NCBI GenBank assembly: GCA_016927395.1
Contig: JAFGMU010000020.1
Coordinates: forward strand, 1 to 42,624
From: Alphaproteobacteria bacterium
Lineage (GTDB): Bacteria; Pseudomonadota; Alphaproteobacteria; Rs-D84
Reading direction: 5' to 3'
DNA: 42,624 bases
The translations under genes and the position numbers were made by a program. Below are positions 1 through 8,998 of the stretch, piece by piece. The notes below the pieces were generated by a model. That model saw only the letters and a list, made by a program, of their open reading frames with translations, had not been told where the DNA came from and did no database searches. Each line of letters starts with the position of its first letter. Within the stretch, counting starts at the first letter, position 1.

Positions 1-34
1 GAAAGCAGCACAATTGCGATAAAAGGAAAATGTT

Positions 35-448
35 ATGTTAATGCCAAATAAAACAAAGTTTCGCAAACAGCACAAAGGTCGTATCCACGGCGTTGCCAAA
101 GGTGGCAGCGAATTGGCATTCGGATCTTACGGTTTGAAAGCGATGTCACCAGAACGTGTAACTGCACGTCAAATTGAAGCTGCACGTCGCGCGATTACCC
201 GTCATATGAAACGTATGGGTAAATTGTGGATTCGTATATTCCCAGACGTTCCTGTTACCAAAAAACCAGCCGAAGTTCGTATGGGTAAAGGTAAGGGTGC
301 AGTTGAATATTGGATTTGCCGCGTAAAACCAGGTCGTATAATGTTCGAATTGGATGGTGTTAAACCTGAAATTGCGATGGAAGCATTTGCATTAGCCGCA
401 GCAAAATTACCAGTTAAAACAAAAATAGTTGAACGTAAAGCGAACTAA
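35..448 (+). CDS. rplP: 50S ribosomal protein L16
   Basis: [38 protein letters not shown]; AAGGA SD upstream. Confidence 0.98.
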   Translation: MLMPNKTKFRKQHKGRIHGVAKGGSELAFGSYGLKAMSPERVTARQIEAARRAITRHMKRMGKLWIRIFPDVPVTKKPAEVRMGKGKGAVEYWICRVKPGRIMFELDGVKPEIAMEAFALAAAKLPVKTKIVERKAN

Positions 449-464
449 GAAGAGAGTATCAAAA

Positions 465-668
465 ATGGCAGAAAAAAAAGCTAATAAAACATCTTCGACA
501 GAGACACTGACAAAGGAAGCTTTGCAGAGTCAATTGTCAGATTTGAAAAAAGAAGCGATGAATCAACGTTTCCAACATGCAGCTGGTCAGTTGCCAAAAA
601 CTCATGTTGTTCGTAAAACTCGTCGTGAAATTGCGCGCGTAAAAACAAAATTGAACGCTGCAAAATAA
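465..668 (+). CDS. rpmC: 50S ribosomal protein L29 (start moved to ATG 465)
   Basis: LKKEAMNQRFQHAAGQL...RREIARVKT; sits between rplP and rpsQ. Confidence 0.93.
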   Translation: MAEKKANKTSSTETLTKEALQSQLSDLKKEAMNQRFQHAAGQLPKTHVVRKTRREIARVKTKLNAAK

Positions 669-698
669 TAACAACAAAATAAACAAAGAGATTAAGTT

Positions 699-965
699 AT
701 GCCAAGACGAATACTGCAAGGAACCGTTACAAGTACAGCAAACGACAAAACTGTCGTTGTTGAAGTGGAACGCCGCTTTCGTCATCCGCTGTACGGCAAG
801 TTCGTAAAGCAGAACAAAAAGTACAAAGCACACGATGAAGCAAACGAATACAAAGTTGGTGAAATCGTTGCTATTGAAGAACATCGTCCGATTTCCAAGA
901 CAAAATCTTGGGTTGTAAAAGGTCGCGTCGGTGTCGCAAAAGACAGTGAAGTAGAAGTAGAATAA
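699..965 (+). CDS. rpsQ: 30S ribosomal protein S17
   Basis: [33 protein letters not shown]. Confidence 0.98.
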   Translation: MPRRILQGTVTSTANDKTVVVEVERRFRHPLYGKFVKQNKKYKAHDEANEYKVGEIVAIEEHRPISKTKSWVVKGRVGVAKDSEVEVE

Positions 966-1048
966 CAACAAGGTTTTTTGAGGCCGCAAAACGGCAGTCG
1001 AAACCTGATAACAAAACCTGGGGATTGCCCAGGCAAGGGAAGAAAGTT

Positions 1049-1423
1049 ATGATTCAAAATGAAACAGTTATGACAGTTGCAGATAACAGTGGTGCACGTA
1101 AAGCTATGTGTATCAAAGTTTTGGGTGGTTCACATCGCCGCTATGCAACAGTTGGTGACAAAATAGTAGTTGCTATCAAAGAAGCAATTCCACGTGGTAA
1201 AGTTCAAAAGGGAACAGTACAACGCGCAATTATCGTTCGTACTAAATTTCCAGTAAAACGCGCCGATGGTTCAATTATCCGCTTTGATGATAATGCAGTT
1301 GTATTGATTAATAAAAACAATTTTGAACCAATTGGAACACGTATTTTTGGTCCAGTTGCTCGTGAAGTTCGTCGTAAATACGACGTTCAGAAAATTGTAT
1401 CTTTGGCACCAGAAGTTATATAA
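1049..1423 (+). CDS. rplN: 50S ribosomal protein L14 (start at ATG 1049)
   Basis: [37 protein letters not shown]. Confidence 0.98.
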   Translation: MIQNETVMTVADNSGARKAMCIKVLGGSHRRYATVGDKIVVAIKEAIPRGKVQKGTVQRAIIVRTKFPVKRADGSIIRFDDNAVVLINKNNFEPIGTRIFGPVAREVRRKYDVQKIVSLAPEVI

Positions 1424-1435
1424 AGGAATAATAAA

Positions 1436-1738
1436 ATGAAAATTAAAAAAGGCGACGAAGTCGTAGTTATTTCAGGAAAGTATAAAGGCGTCAAAGGAAA
1501 AGTATTAGAAGCACGCCCAACTGAATCCCGTGTAGTTGTAGAAGGTGTAAACCGTCGTAAATGGCACATTAAACCAACACAGGAACAACCAGGTCGTATC
1601 GAAGATCGCGAAGCACCAATTCATGTTTCAAACGTTGCTTTGTTTGATTCAAAAACAAAAAAACCTTCTCGGATTGGTTACAAAGTAGAAGGTGATAAAA
1701 AAGTCCGCGTTTCAAAAAAGTCTGGAACACAGATATAA
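1436..1738 (+). CDS. rplX: 50S ribosomal protein L24
   Basis: [17 protein letters not shown] (KOW), EAPIHVSNV. Confidence 0.98.
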   Translation: MKIKKGDEVVVISGKYKGVKGKVLEARPTESRVVVEGVNRRKWHIKPTQEQPGRIEDREAPIHVSNVALFDSKTKKPSRIGYKVEGDKKVRVSKKSGTQI

Positions 1739-1746
1739 ATTGAAAG

Positions 1747-1787
1747 TTCCCGCTGTTACGGGAATGTAAAAAAAGGAAAAAGAAATG
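1747..1787 (+). repeat. Leader element A, copy 1: hairpin TTCCCG-CTGTTA-CGGGAA, then ATGTAA and an A-rich SD, ahead of rplE
   Basis: Near-identical to 3905-3943. Confidence 0.85.
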
Positions 1788-2330
1788 CAAAGTAGATTGC
1801 GTGAAATTTATGAAAAAAAGATTGTACCTGAATTGGAAAAAGAATTCGGATACAAAAATAAATTTGCTGTACCACGTTTGGAAAAAATTGTTTTGAACAT
1901 GGGTGTTGGCTCGGCTGTTTCTGATAAAAAGAAATTGGAATCAGCAGTTGCAGATTTGACAGCTATTGCTGCACAGAAACCAGTAGTTACCAAGGCAAAA
2001 AAATCAATTGCAACATACCGTCTGCGTGCAGGTCAGGCAATCGGTACCAAGGTTACATTGCGTGGTAAAAGAATGTATGATTTCTTGGATAAATTGATTA
2101 CAGTTGCTTTGCCACGTGTAAAAGACTTTGCAGGATTGTCAAAATCAAAATTTGATGGTCGTGGAAATTATGCATTTGGAATCAAAGAACATTTGATATT
2201 CCCAGAAATTTCAATTGATAAAATTGATTCTATCATTGGAATGGATATTGTAATTGCAACAACTGCAAAAACCGATGACGAAGCACGCGCTTTGCTGACA
2301 AAAATCGGTTTGCCACTGGTATTGAAATAA
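1785..2330 (+). CDS. rplE: 50S ribosomal protein L5
   Basis: [33 protein letters not shown]. Confidence 0.98.
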   Translation: MQSRLREIYEKKIVPELEKEFGYKNKFAVPRLEKIVLNMGVGSAVSDKKKLESAVADLTAIAAQKPVVTKAKKSIATYRLRAGQAIGTKVTLRGKRMYDFLDKLITVALPRVKDFAGLSKSKFDGRGNYAFGIKEHLIFPEISIDKIDSIIGMDIVIATTAKTDDEARALLTKIGLPLVLK

Positions 2331-2348
2331 TAGTATAAGGAAAAAAAT

Positions 2349-2651
2349 ATGGCTAAACTAGCACTGATAAATAAACAGGCACGCCGCGAAAAAATGGTTG
2401 CACAAAATGCAAAAAAGCATGATGCAGTCAAAGCGAAAATGTCTGTAAATGCAACGCCGGATGAACGCATGGAAGCTATGAAAAAAATGGCTAAAATGCC
2501 ACGTAATGCGAATAAGACACGTTTGCATAATCGCTGTTCTGTAACTGGTCGTGCACGCGGTTTTTTCCGCATGTTCGGTCTGTGTCGTCAGCAAGTCCGC
2601 ACTTTGGCGTCCGAAGGTAAGTTGCCAGGTGTTCGCAAATCAAGTTGGTAA
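2349..2651 (+). CDS. rpsN: 30S ribosomal protein S14 (long form)
   Basis: RLHNRCSVTGRARG..FGLCR..LPGVRKSSW. Confidence 0.97.
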   Translation: MAKLALINKQARREKMVAQNAKKHDAVKAKMSVNATPDERMEAMKKMAKMPRNANKTRLHNRCSVTGRARGFFRMFGLCRQQVRTLASEGKLPGVRKSSW

Positions 2652-2660
2652 AAAATAAAC

Positions 2661-2700
2661 TGCAAAGCCTGTCGCTTTGCAATGTAAGGAGCAAATTATG
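2661..2700 (+). repeat. Leader element B, copy 1: TGCAAAGC-N5-GCTTTGCA hairpin plus AAGGAGCA, ahead of rpsH
   Basis: Same stem and SD recur at 3101-3144 and 4306-4347. Confidence 0.85.
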
Positions 2701-3096
2701 TCATTATCGCATCCAATTGGAGATATGTTGACCCGCATTCGCAATGGTCAGAATGCTGGTAAGGAAAGTGTAACACTTCCAAACAGCAAACTGCGTTCTG
2801 CTGTTCTGAGTGTTTTGAAAGATGAAGGTTTCATAACCGATTTTCGTTCAGTTCAAATTGATGAAAAACGCACGAATTTGGTTGTGGATTTGAAATACGT
2901 TGGTGGCGTAGGCGCGATACAGGATATTTCCGTTGTATCCAAGCCAGGTCGTCGCGTTTATTCTGGCAGTGTAAAAATGCCAAAAGTATTGAACGGTTTG
3001 GGTATTGCTATTGTATCCACACCGAACGGTGTTATGACAGACCACAAAGCGCGCTTGATGAACGTTGGTGGTGAAGTATTGTGTAGAGTTATTTAA
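2698..3096 (+). CDS. rpsH: 30S ribosomal protein S8 (start at ATG 2698)
   Basis: HPIGDMLTRIRNG, SKPGRRVY, GLGIAIVST, GGEVLC. Confidence 0.98.
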   Translation: MSLSHPIGDMLTRIRNGQNAGKESVTLPNSKLRSAVLSVLKDEGFITDFRSVQIDEKRTNLVVDLKYVGGVGAIQDISVVSKPGRRVYSGSVKMPKVLNGLGIAIVSTPNGVMTDHKARLMNVGGEVLCRVI

Positions 3097-3100
3097 TGAA

Positions 3101-3144
3101 TTGCAAAGTTTGAAAGCTTTGCGACGAAGGAGCAAACAGTTATG
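3101..3144 (+). repeat. Leader element B, copy 2, ahead of rplF
   Basis: TTGCAAAGTTTGAAAGCTTTGCGA-CG-AAGGAGCA. Confidence 0.85.
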
Positions 3145-3693
3145 TCTCGTGCAGGAAAATATCCAGTAGAAATCAAAAACGGCGTATCAATTGAAATCGT
3201 CGGTGGTGCCTTGGTGGTAAAAGGTCCAAAAGGTGAAATAAAATTACCTTTGGATACAAAAAATGCCGGCTTGGTAGAAATTAAAATTGAAAATAACGAA
3301 GTTGTCGTTACACCAAAAGATGCAGAAGATAAAGCATCACGCGCTATGTGGGGAACAATGACCCGCAATATCAAAGCGGCAGTTATTGGTGTTTCCGAAG
3401 GCTTTGTCAAAGAAATGTATATGAAAGGTGTTGGTTATAAAGCATCGGTTAAGGGTAAAGATTTGGTATTGGTTGCTGGTTATTCTCATGATGTTGTTTT
3501 GCCAGTTCCAACAGGTTTGTCTGTTGAAATGGGTGCAACACCAACTGAATTCATAATCAAGGGTATCGATAAAGTTTTGGTTGGACAGTTTGCTGACAAA
3601 GTTCATAAAGTTCGCAAAGCAGATCCATACAAAGGAAAAGGTATTTTCTATAAGGGTGAAAAGATCCGCCGCAAAGAAGGTAAAAAGAAATAA
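3142..3693 (+). CDS. rplF: 50S ribosomal protein L6
   Basis: MSRAGK, VKGPKG, GVGYKA, DPYKGKGI. Confidence 0.98.
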   Translation: MSRAGKYPVEIKNGVSIEIVGGALVVKGPKGEIKLPLDTKNAGLVEIKIENNEVVVTPKDAEDKASRAMWGTMTRNIKAAVIGVSEGFVKEMYMKGVGYKASVKGKDLVLVAGYSHDVVLPVPTGLSVEMGATPTEFIIKGIDKVLVGQFADKVHKVRKADPYKGKGIFYKGEKIRRKEGKKK

Positions 3694-3728
3694 TAACCAA
3701 TTTCTTATTAGACCCAAAGGAGTATAAT

Positions 3729-3887
3729 ATGACAATTTTAGATACAAATAATATTGCGACTGTTGCACCAAAGGTTGTTGCTGGAGTTTTATTATCAATT
3801 GTTGTATTAACCGGTTTTGTATCAGCTTTGTATGGTAACAAAGATAAAAAATTGAATGATAAAATTAATCAAGGTAAACAAAGATAG
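3729..3887 (+). CDS. Small 52-aa single-pass membrane protein (absent from the ORF track)
   Basis: AAGGAG SD at 3717-3722; MTILDTNNIATVAPKVVAGVLLSIVVLTGFVSALYGNKDKKLNDKINQGKQR*; one hydrophobic helix and a basic tail; fills the rplF-rplR gap. Confidence 0.8.
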   Translation: MTILDTNNIATVAPKVVAGVLLSIVVLTGFVSALYGNKDKKLNDKINQGKQR

Positions 3888-3904
3888 TTTTATTAACAAA
3901 ATAA

Positions 3905-3943
3905 TTCCCGCTGTTACGGGGATGTAAAAAAGGAAAAAAAATG
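3905..3943 (+). repeat. Leader element A, copy 2, ahead of rplR
   Basis: TTCCCGCTGTTACGGGGATGTAAAAAAGGAAAAAAAATG, compare 1747-1787. Confidence 0.85.
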
Positions 3944-4297
3944 TTAAAACATTTATCTACTGATGAAAGACGCAAGTTATCTAATCGTGGTGCGTTGAAA
4001 AGAAAAAATCCAGGTAAAATCCGTTTATCGGTTTTCCGTTCTGGTCGTCATATTGAAATTCAAGCAATTGATGATGTTGCAGGTCGTACAATTTGTGCAG
4101 CATCTTCTAAAGAAAAAGCTTTCAAGGGCAAAGGTTGGAATGTTGCTGGTGCCGAAATGGTTGGTAAATCTTTTGCTGAACGCGCAGTGAAAGCAAAAAT
4201 TGAAAAAAATTGTTATTTTGATCGTGGTGCATATCGCTATCATGGCCGTGTAAAGGCCTTGTGCGAAGCTATCCGCGCAGGTGGTATAAACATATAA
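3941..4297 (+). CDS. rplR: 50S ribosomal protein L18
   Basis: RLSVFRSGRHI, FDRGAYRYHGRVKAL. Confidence 0.98.
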   Translation: MLKHLSTDERRKLSNRGALKRKNPGKIRLSVFRSGRHIEIQAIDDVAGRTICAASSKEKAFKGKGWNVAGAEMVGKSFAERAVKAKIEKNCYFDRGAYRYHGRVKALCEAIRAGGINI

Positions 4298-4305
4298 GAT
4301 TTAAT

Positions 4306-4347
4306 TTGCAAAGCAAATGCTTTGCGACTCAAGGAGCATAAGTAATG
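4306..4347 (+). repeat. Leader element B, copy 3, ahead of rpsE
   Basis: TTGCAAAGCAAATGCTTTGCGA-CTC-AAGGAGCA. Confidence 0.85.
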
Positions 4348-4899
4348 GCACGTTTTGATGATAAAAAATTACAGACAGATAATTTGGTAGATAAATTAGT
4401 TTCTATCAATCGCGTTTCCAAAACCGTTAAAGGTGGACGTAATATGTCTTTTTCCGCGCTGGTTGTTGTTGGTGACAAAGCAGGTCGCGTAGGTTTTGGT
4501 AAAGGTAAAGCATTGGAAGTACAGTCTGCTGTACAAAAAGCAACCAAGGCAGCAAAAGCAAAAATGGTACGCGTTCCATTAAAAGAAGGTCGTACATTAC
4601 ATCATGATGTTGATGCAAAATATGGTGCCAGCAAATTGGTTGTACGCAGTGCAGTTCCTGGAACTGGAATTATTGCTGGTGGTGCTTTGCGCGCTGTTTT
4701 TGAATGCTTGGGCATTCAGGACGTTGTTGTAAAGTCTCAGGGAAGCAGTAATCCGAACAATATTATTCGTGCTGCATTTTTGGCTTTTGGCAAAATGAAT
4801 TCTCCGAAATCTGTCGCTGCTCGTCGCGGAAAGACTGTTTCAGAAATTATCGCCGGCCGTGATGGAAAAAAGCACGCTGAAGAAGTACAGGATCAATAA
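4345..4899 (+). CDS. rpsE: 30S ribosomal protein S5
   Basis: [29 protein letters not shown]. Confidence 0.98.
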   Translation: MARFDDKKLQTDNLVDKLVSINRVSKTVKGGRNMSFSALVVVGDKAGRVGFGKGKALEVQSAVQKATKAAKAKMVRVPLKEGRTLHHDVDAKYGASKLVVRSAVPGTGIIAGGALRAVFECLGIQDVVVKSQGSSNPNNIIRAAFLAFGKMNSPKSVAARRGKTVSEIIAGRDGKKHAEEVQDQ

Positions 4900-4919
4900 G
4901 ATTACAAAGGGTAATTGAC

Positions 4920-5096
4920 ATGTCAAAAATAACTGTAAAACAAATTAAAAGCATAATTGGACAACCAGAATCTCAGGTTAAAATTGTAAAATCTTTGGGT
5001 CTGGGTCGTATTGGTAAAACCAAGGAATTAGGTGACACAGCGTCTGTTCGTGGCATGATCGCAAAAGTTTCTCACTTGGTAGAAATCGTAAAATAA
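4920..5096 (+). CDS. rpmD: 50S ribosomal protein L30 (58 aa, below the ORF-track cut-off)
   Basis: Manual translation MSKITVKQIKSIIGQPESQVKIVKSLGLGRIGKTKELGDTASVRGMIAKVSHLVEIVK*; canonical position between rpsE and rplO. Confidence 0.95.
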   Translation: MSKITVKQIKSIIGQPESQVKIVKSLGLGRIGKTKELGDTASVRGMIAKVSHLVEIVK

Positions 5097-5123
5097 TTTG
5101 ACGCAAGAATAAGGAATAAAAAA

Positions 5124-5582
5124 ATGAAACTGAACGCACTGATGGATAATTTCGGAGCACGCAAAGGTATAAAACGCGTTGGACGTGGTATGGCTTCTGG
5201 TTATGGTAAAACCGCTGGTCGCGGAAATAAGGGTCAAAAAGCACGCGCAGGTTCACGTAAACAGGCAACTTTCCAGGGTGGTCAGATGCCAATTTTGCGT
5301 CGCTTTCCAAAATTTGGATTTAAGAATCCTTTTGCAAAATCATATGTAACGATTAACTTGGGCGATATTGAAAAATTTGTAAAAGCTGGAAAAATTGATG
5401 CTAAAAAAGAAATCACAATGGATTCTTTGTTGGTTGCTAAAATTATCAACCGTAAACTGTCTGGTTTAAAAATTTTGGCCAAAGGCGAAATTAAAACAGC
5501 CGTAAATATTATTGCTGACAAATGGTCGAAATCAGCAGAAGCAGCAGTTGTAAAAGCTGGTGGATCAGTAAAGGCAAAATAA
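5124..5582 (+). CDS. rplO: 50S ribosomal protein L15
   Basis: RVGRGMASGYGKTAGRGNKGQKAR, FQGGQMP..RRFPKFGF. Confidence 0.98.
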   Translation: MKLNALMDNFGARKGIKRVGRGMASGYGKTAGRGNKGQKARAGSRKQATFQGGQMPILRRFPKFGFKNPFAKSYVTINLGDIEKFVKAGKIDAKKEITMDSLLVAKIINRKLSGLKILAKGEIKTAVNIIADKWSKSAEAAVVKAGGSVKAK

Positions 5583-5639
5583 ATACTTATTTATGGTTTC
5601 TAGTTTTAGAAACCATAAATTCAAAACCAGAAATAAATT

Positions 5640-6959
5640 ATGAAATTTATAACAAACTATTTTAAGAATTTATCAGATTTACAAAAACGCATCTTGTTTA
5701 CTTTGGGTGCGTTGATTGTTTATCGTATTGGTTCTTTTATCCCACTACCTGGTGTAAACGCTTCGGCTGTTTTGCATTTGTTTAATGGTGACGGAAACGG
5801 TATGATGGGAATGTTTGATATGTTCAGTGGTGGTTCGTTGTCACGTATGTCAGTTTTGGCATTGAATATTTTCCCTTATATCTCGGCTTCGATTGTTATT
5901 CAATTATTGTCTGCGACAAGCAAATCTATGTCTGAATTGCGCAAAGAAGGCGAAACAGGTCGTATAAAAATCAACCAGTATACACGCTATTTGGCAGTTT
6001 TGTTGGCAGTTGTACAAGGTTGGGCGATTGTTCGTGGTTTGGAATCAATGGCGCCAGTAAATGGTGCATATGCGGTTGTAAATCCTGGTTTTCTATTTGA
6101 ATTATCAGCTGTTATCGCGTTGGTTGGTGGAACGGTTTTTGTTATGTGGTTGGCAGAACAAATCACAGCACGTGGTCTGGGTCAGGGCGCTTCATTGTTG
6201 ATTTTTGCAGGAATTATTGCACATATACCAAGTGGTATCGCCAAGGTTTTATCTTTGGGTTCTGTTGGTCAGATGTCACCTGCCATGATTGGATTAATAT
6301 TAGCGTTTGTAATAGGTGTTGTTGCATTGATTGCTTTTATGGAACAGGCACAACGTCGTATACAAATTTTGTACCCACGCCAAGTTATGGCAAATGGTGT
6401 TACAAACACTAATGCATCATATTTACCAGTAAAGATAAATTTATCTGGTGTTATGGGACCTGTATTTGCATCCAGTATTATGATGTTACCGGCTTTTATT
6501 CAACGTTTTGCACAAAGTGAAAATTTGATAGTTCAAAATATTATTGGATTCCTAAGCTATGGTACTTGGTCTTATATTTTGATTTATACTTTGTTGATAG
6601 CGTTCTTTGCATACTTTCAAACAGCTGTTGTTTTCAACTCTGAAGAGACAAGTACAAATTTGAAAAATGCAGGCGGATATATTCCAGGTGTTCGTCCAGG
6701 CGAACAAACAACAAAATATTTAGATAATGTTGTTTCCAGAACCACAGCAATCGGTGTTGTGTACCTGGTAGTTGTTTGTGTGTTACCAATCATACTTAAT
6801 ACTCATTTGGGTATGCCTTTGGTGATTGGTGGTACAAGTGTATTGATTGTTGCTGGTGTTGTATTAGATACAATGAATCAGGTACAATCATATTTGGTTG
6901 CAAAACAATACACAAATGTTATTAAAACAACACAAAAAAAAGGACGTTTTCGCGTCTAA
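5640..6959 (+). CDS. secY: Preprotein translocase subunit SecY
   Basis: RILFTL..YRIG..IPLPG, FSGG, PYISASI, IPGVRPG, GGTSVLI; many TM segments. Confidence 0.98.
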   Translation: MKFITNYFKNLSDLQKRILFTLGALIVYRIGSFIPLPGVNASAVLHLFNGDGNGMMGMFDMFSGGSLSRMSVLALNIFPYISASIVIQLLSATSKSMSELRKEGETGRIKINQYTRYLAVLLAVVQGWAIVRGLESMAPVNGAYAVVNPGFLFELSAVIALVGGTVFVMWLAEQITARGLGQGASLLIFAGIIAHIPSGIAKVLSLGSVGQMSPAMIGLILAFVIGVVALIAFMEQAQRRIQILYPRQVMANGVTNTNASYLPVKINLSGVMGPVFASSIMMLPAFIQRFAQSENLIVQNIIGFLSYGTWSYILIYTLLIAFFAYFQTAVVFNSEETSTNLKNAGGYIPGVRPGEQTTKYLDNVVSRTTAIGVVYLVVVCVLPIILNTHLGMPLVIGGTSVLIVAGVVLDTMNQVQSYLVAKQYTNVIKTTQKKGRFRV

Positions 6960-6972
6960 GGAAAAAACAAGT

Positions 6973-7000
6973 TTGACTTTTGCTGTATTTGATATAAAAT
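6973..7000 (+). promoter_or_regulatory. Putative sigma70 promoter for rpsM-rpsK
   Basis: TTGACT-N16-TAAAAT. Confidence 0.6.
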
Positions 7001-7053
7001 AATCCGGCAAAATGATAAAGATTGGTTAAGAAAAATAAAAAGGAAAACATAAG

Positions 7054-7431
7054 ATGGCACGTATAGCAGGTGTGAACATTCCGTCGGAAAAACGCGTTGA
7101 AATCGCGTTACGTTATATTTATGGTATTGGCCCAGCCAAATCAGCACAAATTTGCAAAGCTTTGAAAATCAAAGATAGTTTGCGTGCAAAAGATTTGACC
7201 GACACAGACGTTGTAAATATTTCCAACTACATCGAACAGAACTTCAAAGTAGAAGGTGATGTTCGTCGTGATGTTCAGATGAATATTAAACGTCTTCAGG
7301 ATTTGAAAACATATCGTGGAACAAGACATCGTATGCGTCTGCCAGTTCGTGGACAACGCACACAAACAAATGCACGTACCAGAAAAGGTAAACGCGTTGT
7401 TGTTGCAGGTTCTGCATCCAAGGGTAAATAA
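7054..7431 (+). CDS. rpsM: 30S ribosomal protein S13
   Basis: [32 protein letters not shown]. Confidence 0.98.
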   Translation: MARIAGVNIPSEKRVEIALRYIYGIGPAKSAQICKALKIKDSLRAKDLTDTDVVNISNYIEQNFKVEGDVRRDVQMNIKRLQDLKTYRGTRHRMRLPVRGQRTQTNARTRKGKRVVVAGSASKGK

Positions 7432-7456
7432 AAATAACAAATAATAGGGTATCATA

Positions 7457-7840
7457 ATGGCAATTGCAAAAACTAAAAAGAAAGTTGTTAAAAAAGTATC
7501 GCATGGTATTGCCCATGTCGTTGCAACCAATAACAATACCAGAATTACTGTCACTGACCAGGCCGGCAGCGTATTGACTTGGGCTACAGCTGGTGCAAAT
7601 AATTTTAAAGGTGCAAAAAAATCAACACCATACGCAGCAACAATTGTTGCAGAAAGCATTGGTAAAAAAGTTGCTGAAATGGGTATGAAAACAGTTGATG
7701 TTTTGATGCGCGGTATCGGTCAGGGTCGTGAATCTGCAGTTCGTGGTTTGTCAAACGCAGGTTTGATTGTTCAATCAATCACAGATACAACACGCGTTCC
7801 GCACAACGGATGCAGACCGAAAAAGGTTCGTCGCGTCTAA
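7457..7840 (+). CDS. rpsK: 30S ribosomal protein S11
   Basis: NNT.ITVTD, KSTPYAA, PHNGCRPKK.RRV. Confidence 0.98.
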   Translation: MAIAKTKKKVVKKVSHGIAHVVATNNNTRITVTDQAGSVLTWATAGANNFKGAKKSTPYAATIVAESIGKKVAEMGMKTVDVLMRGIGQGRESAVRGLSNAGLIVQSITDTTRVPHNGCRPKKVRRV

Positions 7841-7847
7841 AAAATAT

Positions 7848-7878
7848 GGCACTGTTTTACGGTGCCTTTTTATTTTTA
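7848..7878 (+). terminator. Intrinsic terminator after rpsK
   Basis: GGCACTGT-TTT-ACGGTGCC followed by a T-rich run. Confidence 0.75.
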
Positions 7879-7896
7879 TAAACAACAGGTTTTATT

Positions 7897-8862
7897 ATGA
7901 AAGTATTAGTTATTGGTGGGGCAGGTTATATTGGCAGTCATGTAACGCGTGAGCTTTTGGATAATGGTCATGATGTTACAGTATTTGATAATTTATCAAC
8001 GGGTACAAAAGAAAATTTATTTTCAGAATCAAATTTTATTCAGGGTGATATTTTGAATTATTCTGATTTGATTGACGCCATGAAAAATGGTTTTGACGCT
8101 GTCTTGCATTTTGCCGCTTTCAAGGCCGCAGGTGAATCCATGATAAAACCTGAAAAATATTCAACCAATAATATTTCTGGTACTATAAATATTTTGAATG
8201 CAATGTCAGAATCTGGGATTAAAAATATAATTTTTTCATCCAGTGCGGCTGTTTATGGCGAACCTGAATATGTTCCAATTGATGAAAAACATCCAAAAAA
8301 TCCAGAAAATTATTATGGTTTTACAAAATTGGAAATCGAAAGAATTTCGGGCTGGTACGAAAAATTAAAAGGATTTCGTTTTGCAGCATTGCGTTATTTT
8401 AATGCAGCTGGTTATGATACGCGCGGTCGAATTGGTGGACTGGAAAAAGGTACTGCAAATTTATTGCCATTGGTAATGGAAGTTGCAGCCGGAACCAGAC
8501 CAGAAATAACAGTTTTTGGTGATGATTATCCAACACCCGATGGAACGTGTATTCGCGATTATATCCACGTCAGCGATTTGGCAAATGGGCATTTATTGGC
8601 ATTAAATTACATAATTAAAAATGACAAAAGCTTGACGCTGAATTTGGGTACTGGAAATGGAACATCAGTAAAAGAAATAATAGATACAGCCAAAAGAATA
8701 ACCGGAAAAGAAATTAAAACTGTAATCGGTCCCAGAAGAGATGGCGACCCAGCAAAATTGACAGCATCTGCAAACATGGCATATGAAATTTTGGGTTGGA
8801 TACCAAAATATTCAGATATAGATACTTTGATAGAAAGCACCTGGGCAATGTACAATAAATAA
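7897..8862 (+). CDS. galE: UDP-glucose 4-epimerase
   Basis: GGAGYIGSH, FSSSAAVYG, YGFTK (YxxxK), LRYFNAAG, DGTCIRDYIHV. Confidence 0.93.
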   Translation: MKVLVIGGAGYIGSHVTRELLDNGHDVTVFDNLSTGTKENLFSESNFIQGDILNYSDLIDAMKNGFDAVLHFAAFKAAGESMIKPEKYSTNNISGTINILNAMSESGIKNIIFSSSAAVYGEPEYVPIDEKHPKNPENYYGFTKLEIERISGWYEKLKGFRFAALRYFNAAGYDTRGRIGGLEKGTANLLPLVMEVAAGTRPEITVFGDDYPTPDGTCIRDYIHVSDLANGHLLALNYIIKNDKSLTLNLGTGNGTSVKEIIDTAKRITGKEIKTVIGPRRDGDPAKLTASANMAYEILGWIPKYSDIDTLIESTWAMYNK

Positions 8863-8917
8863 GATTTATTATTGTATAATTTTTGCAAAAAGATTATGTA
8901 GAAATCCCATAATTCAT

Positions 8918-8946
8918 TTGACTTTCAGATATTTCTGATATAGAAT
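8918..8946 (+). promoter_or_regulatory. Putative sigma70 promoter for rpoA-rplQ
   Basis: TTGACT-N17-TAGAAT; the -10 overlaps a GANTC site (8943-8947). Confidence 0.7.
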
Positions 8947-8998
8947 CAGCAAGCCTTTACGGTGAAAATAATAAACTAAGCCTAATGGAGAAACCTCT

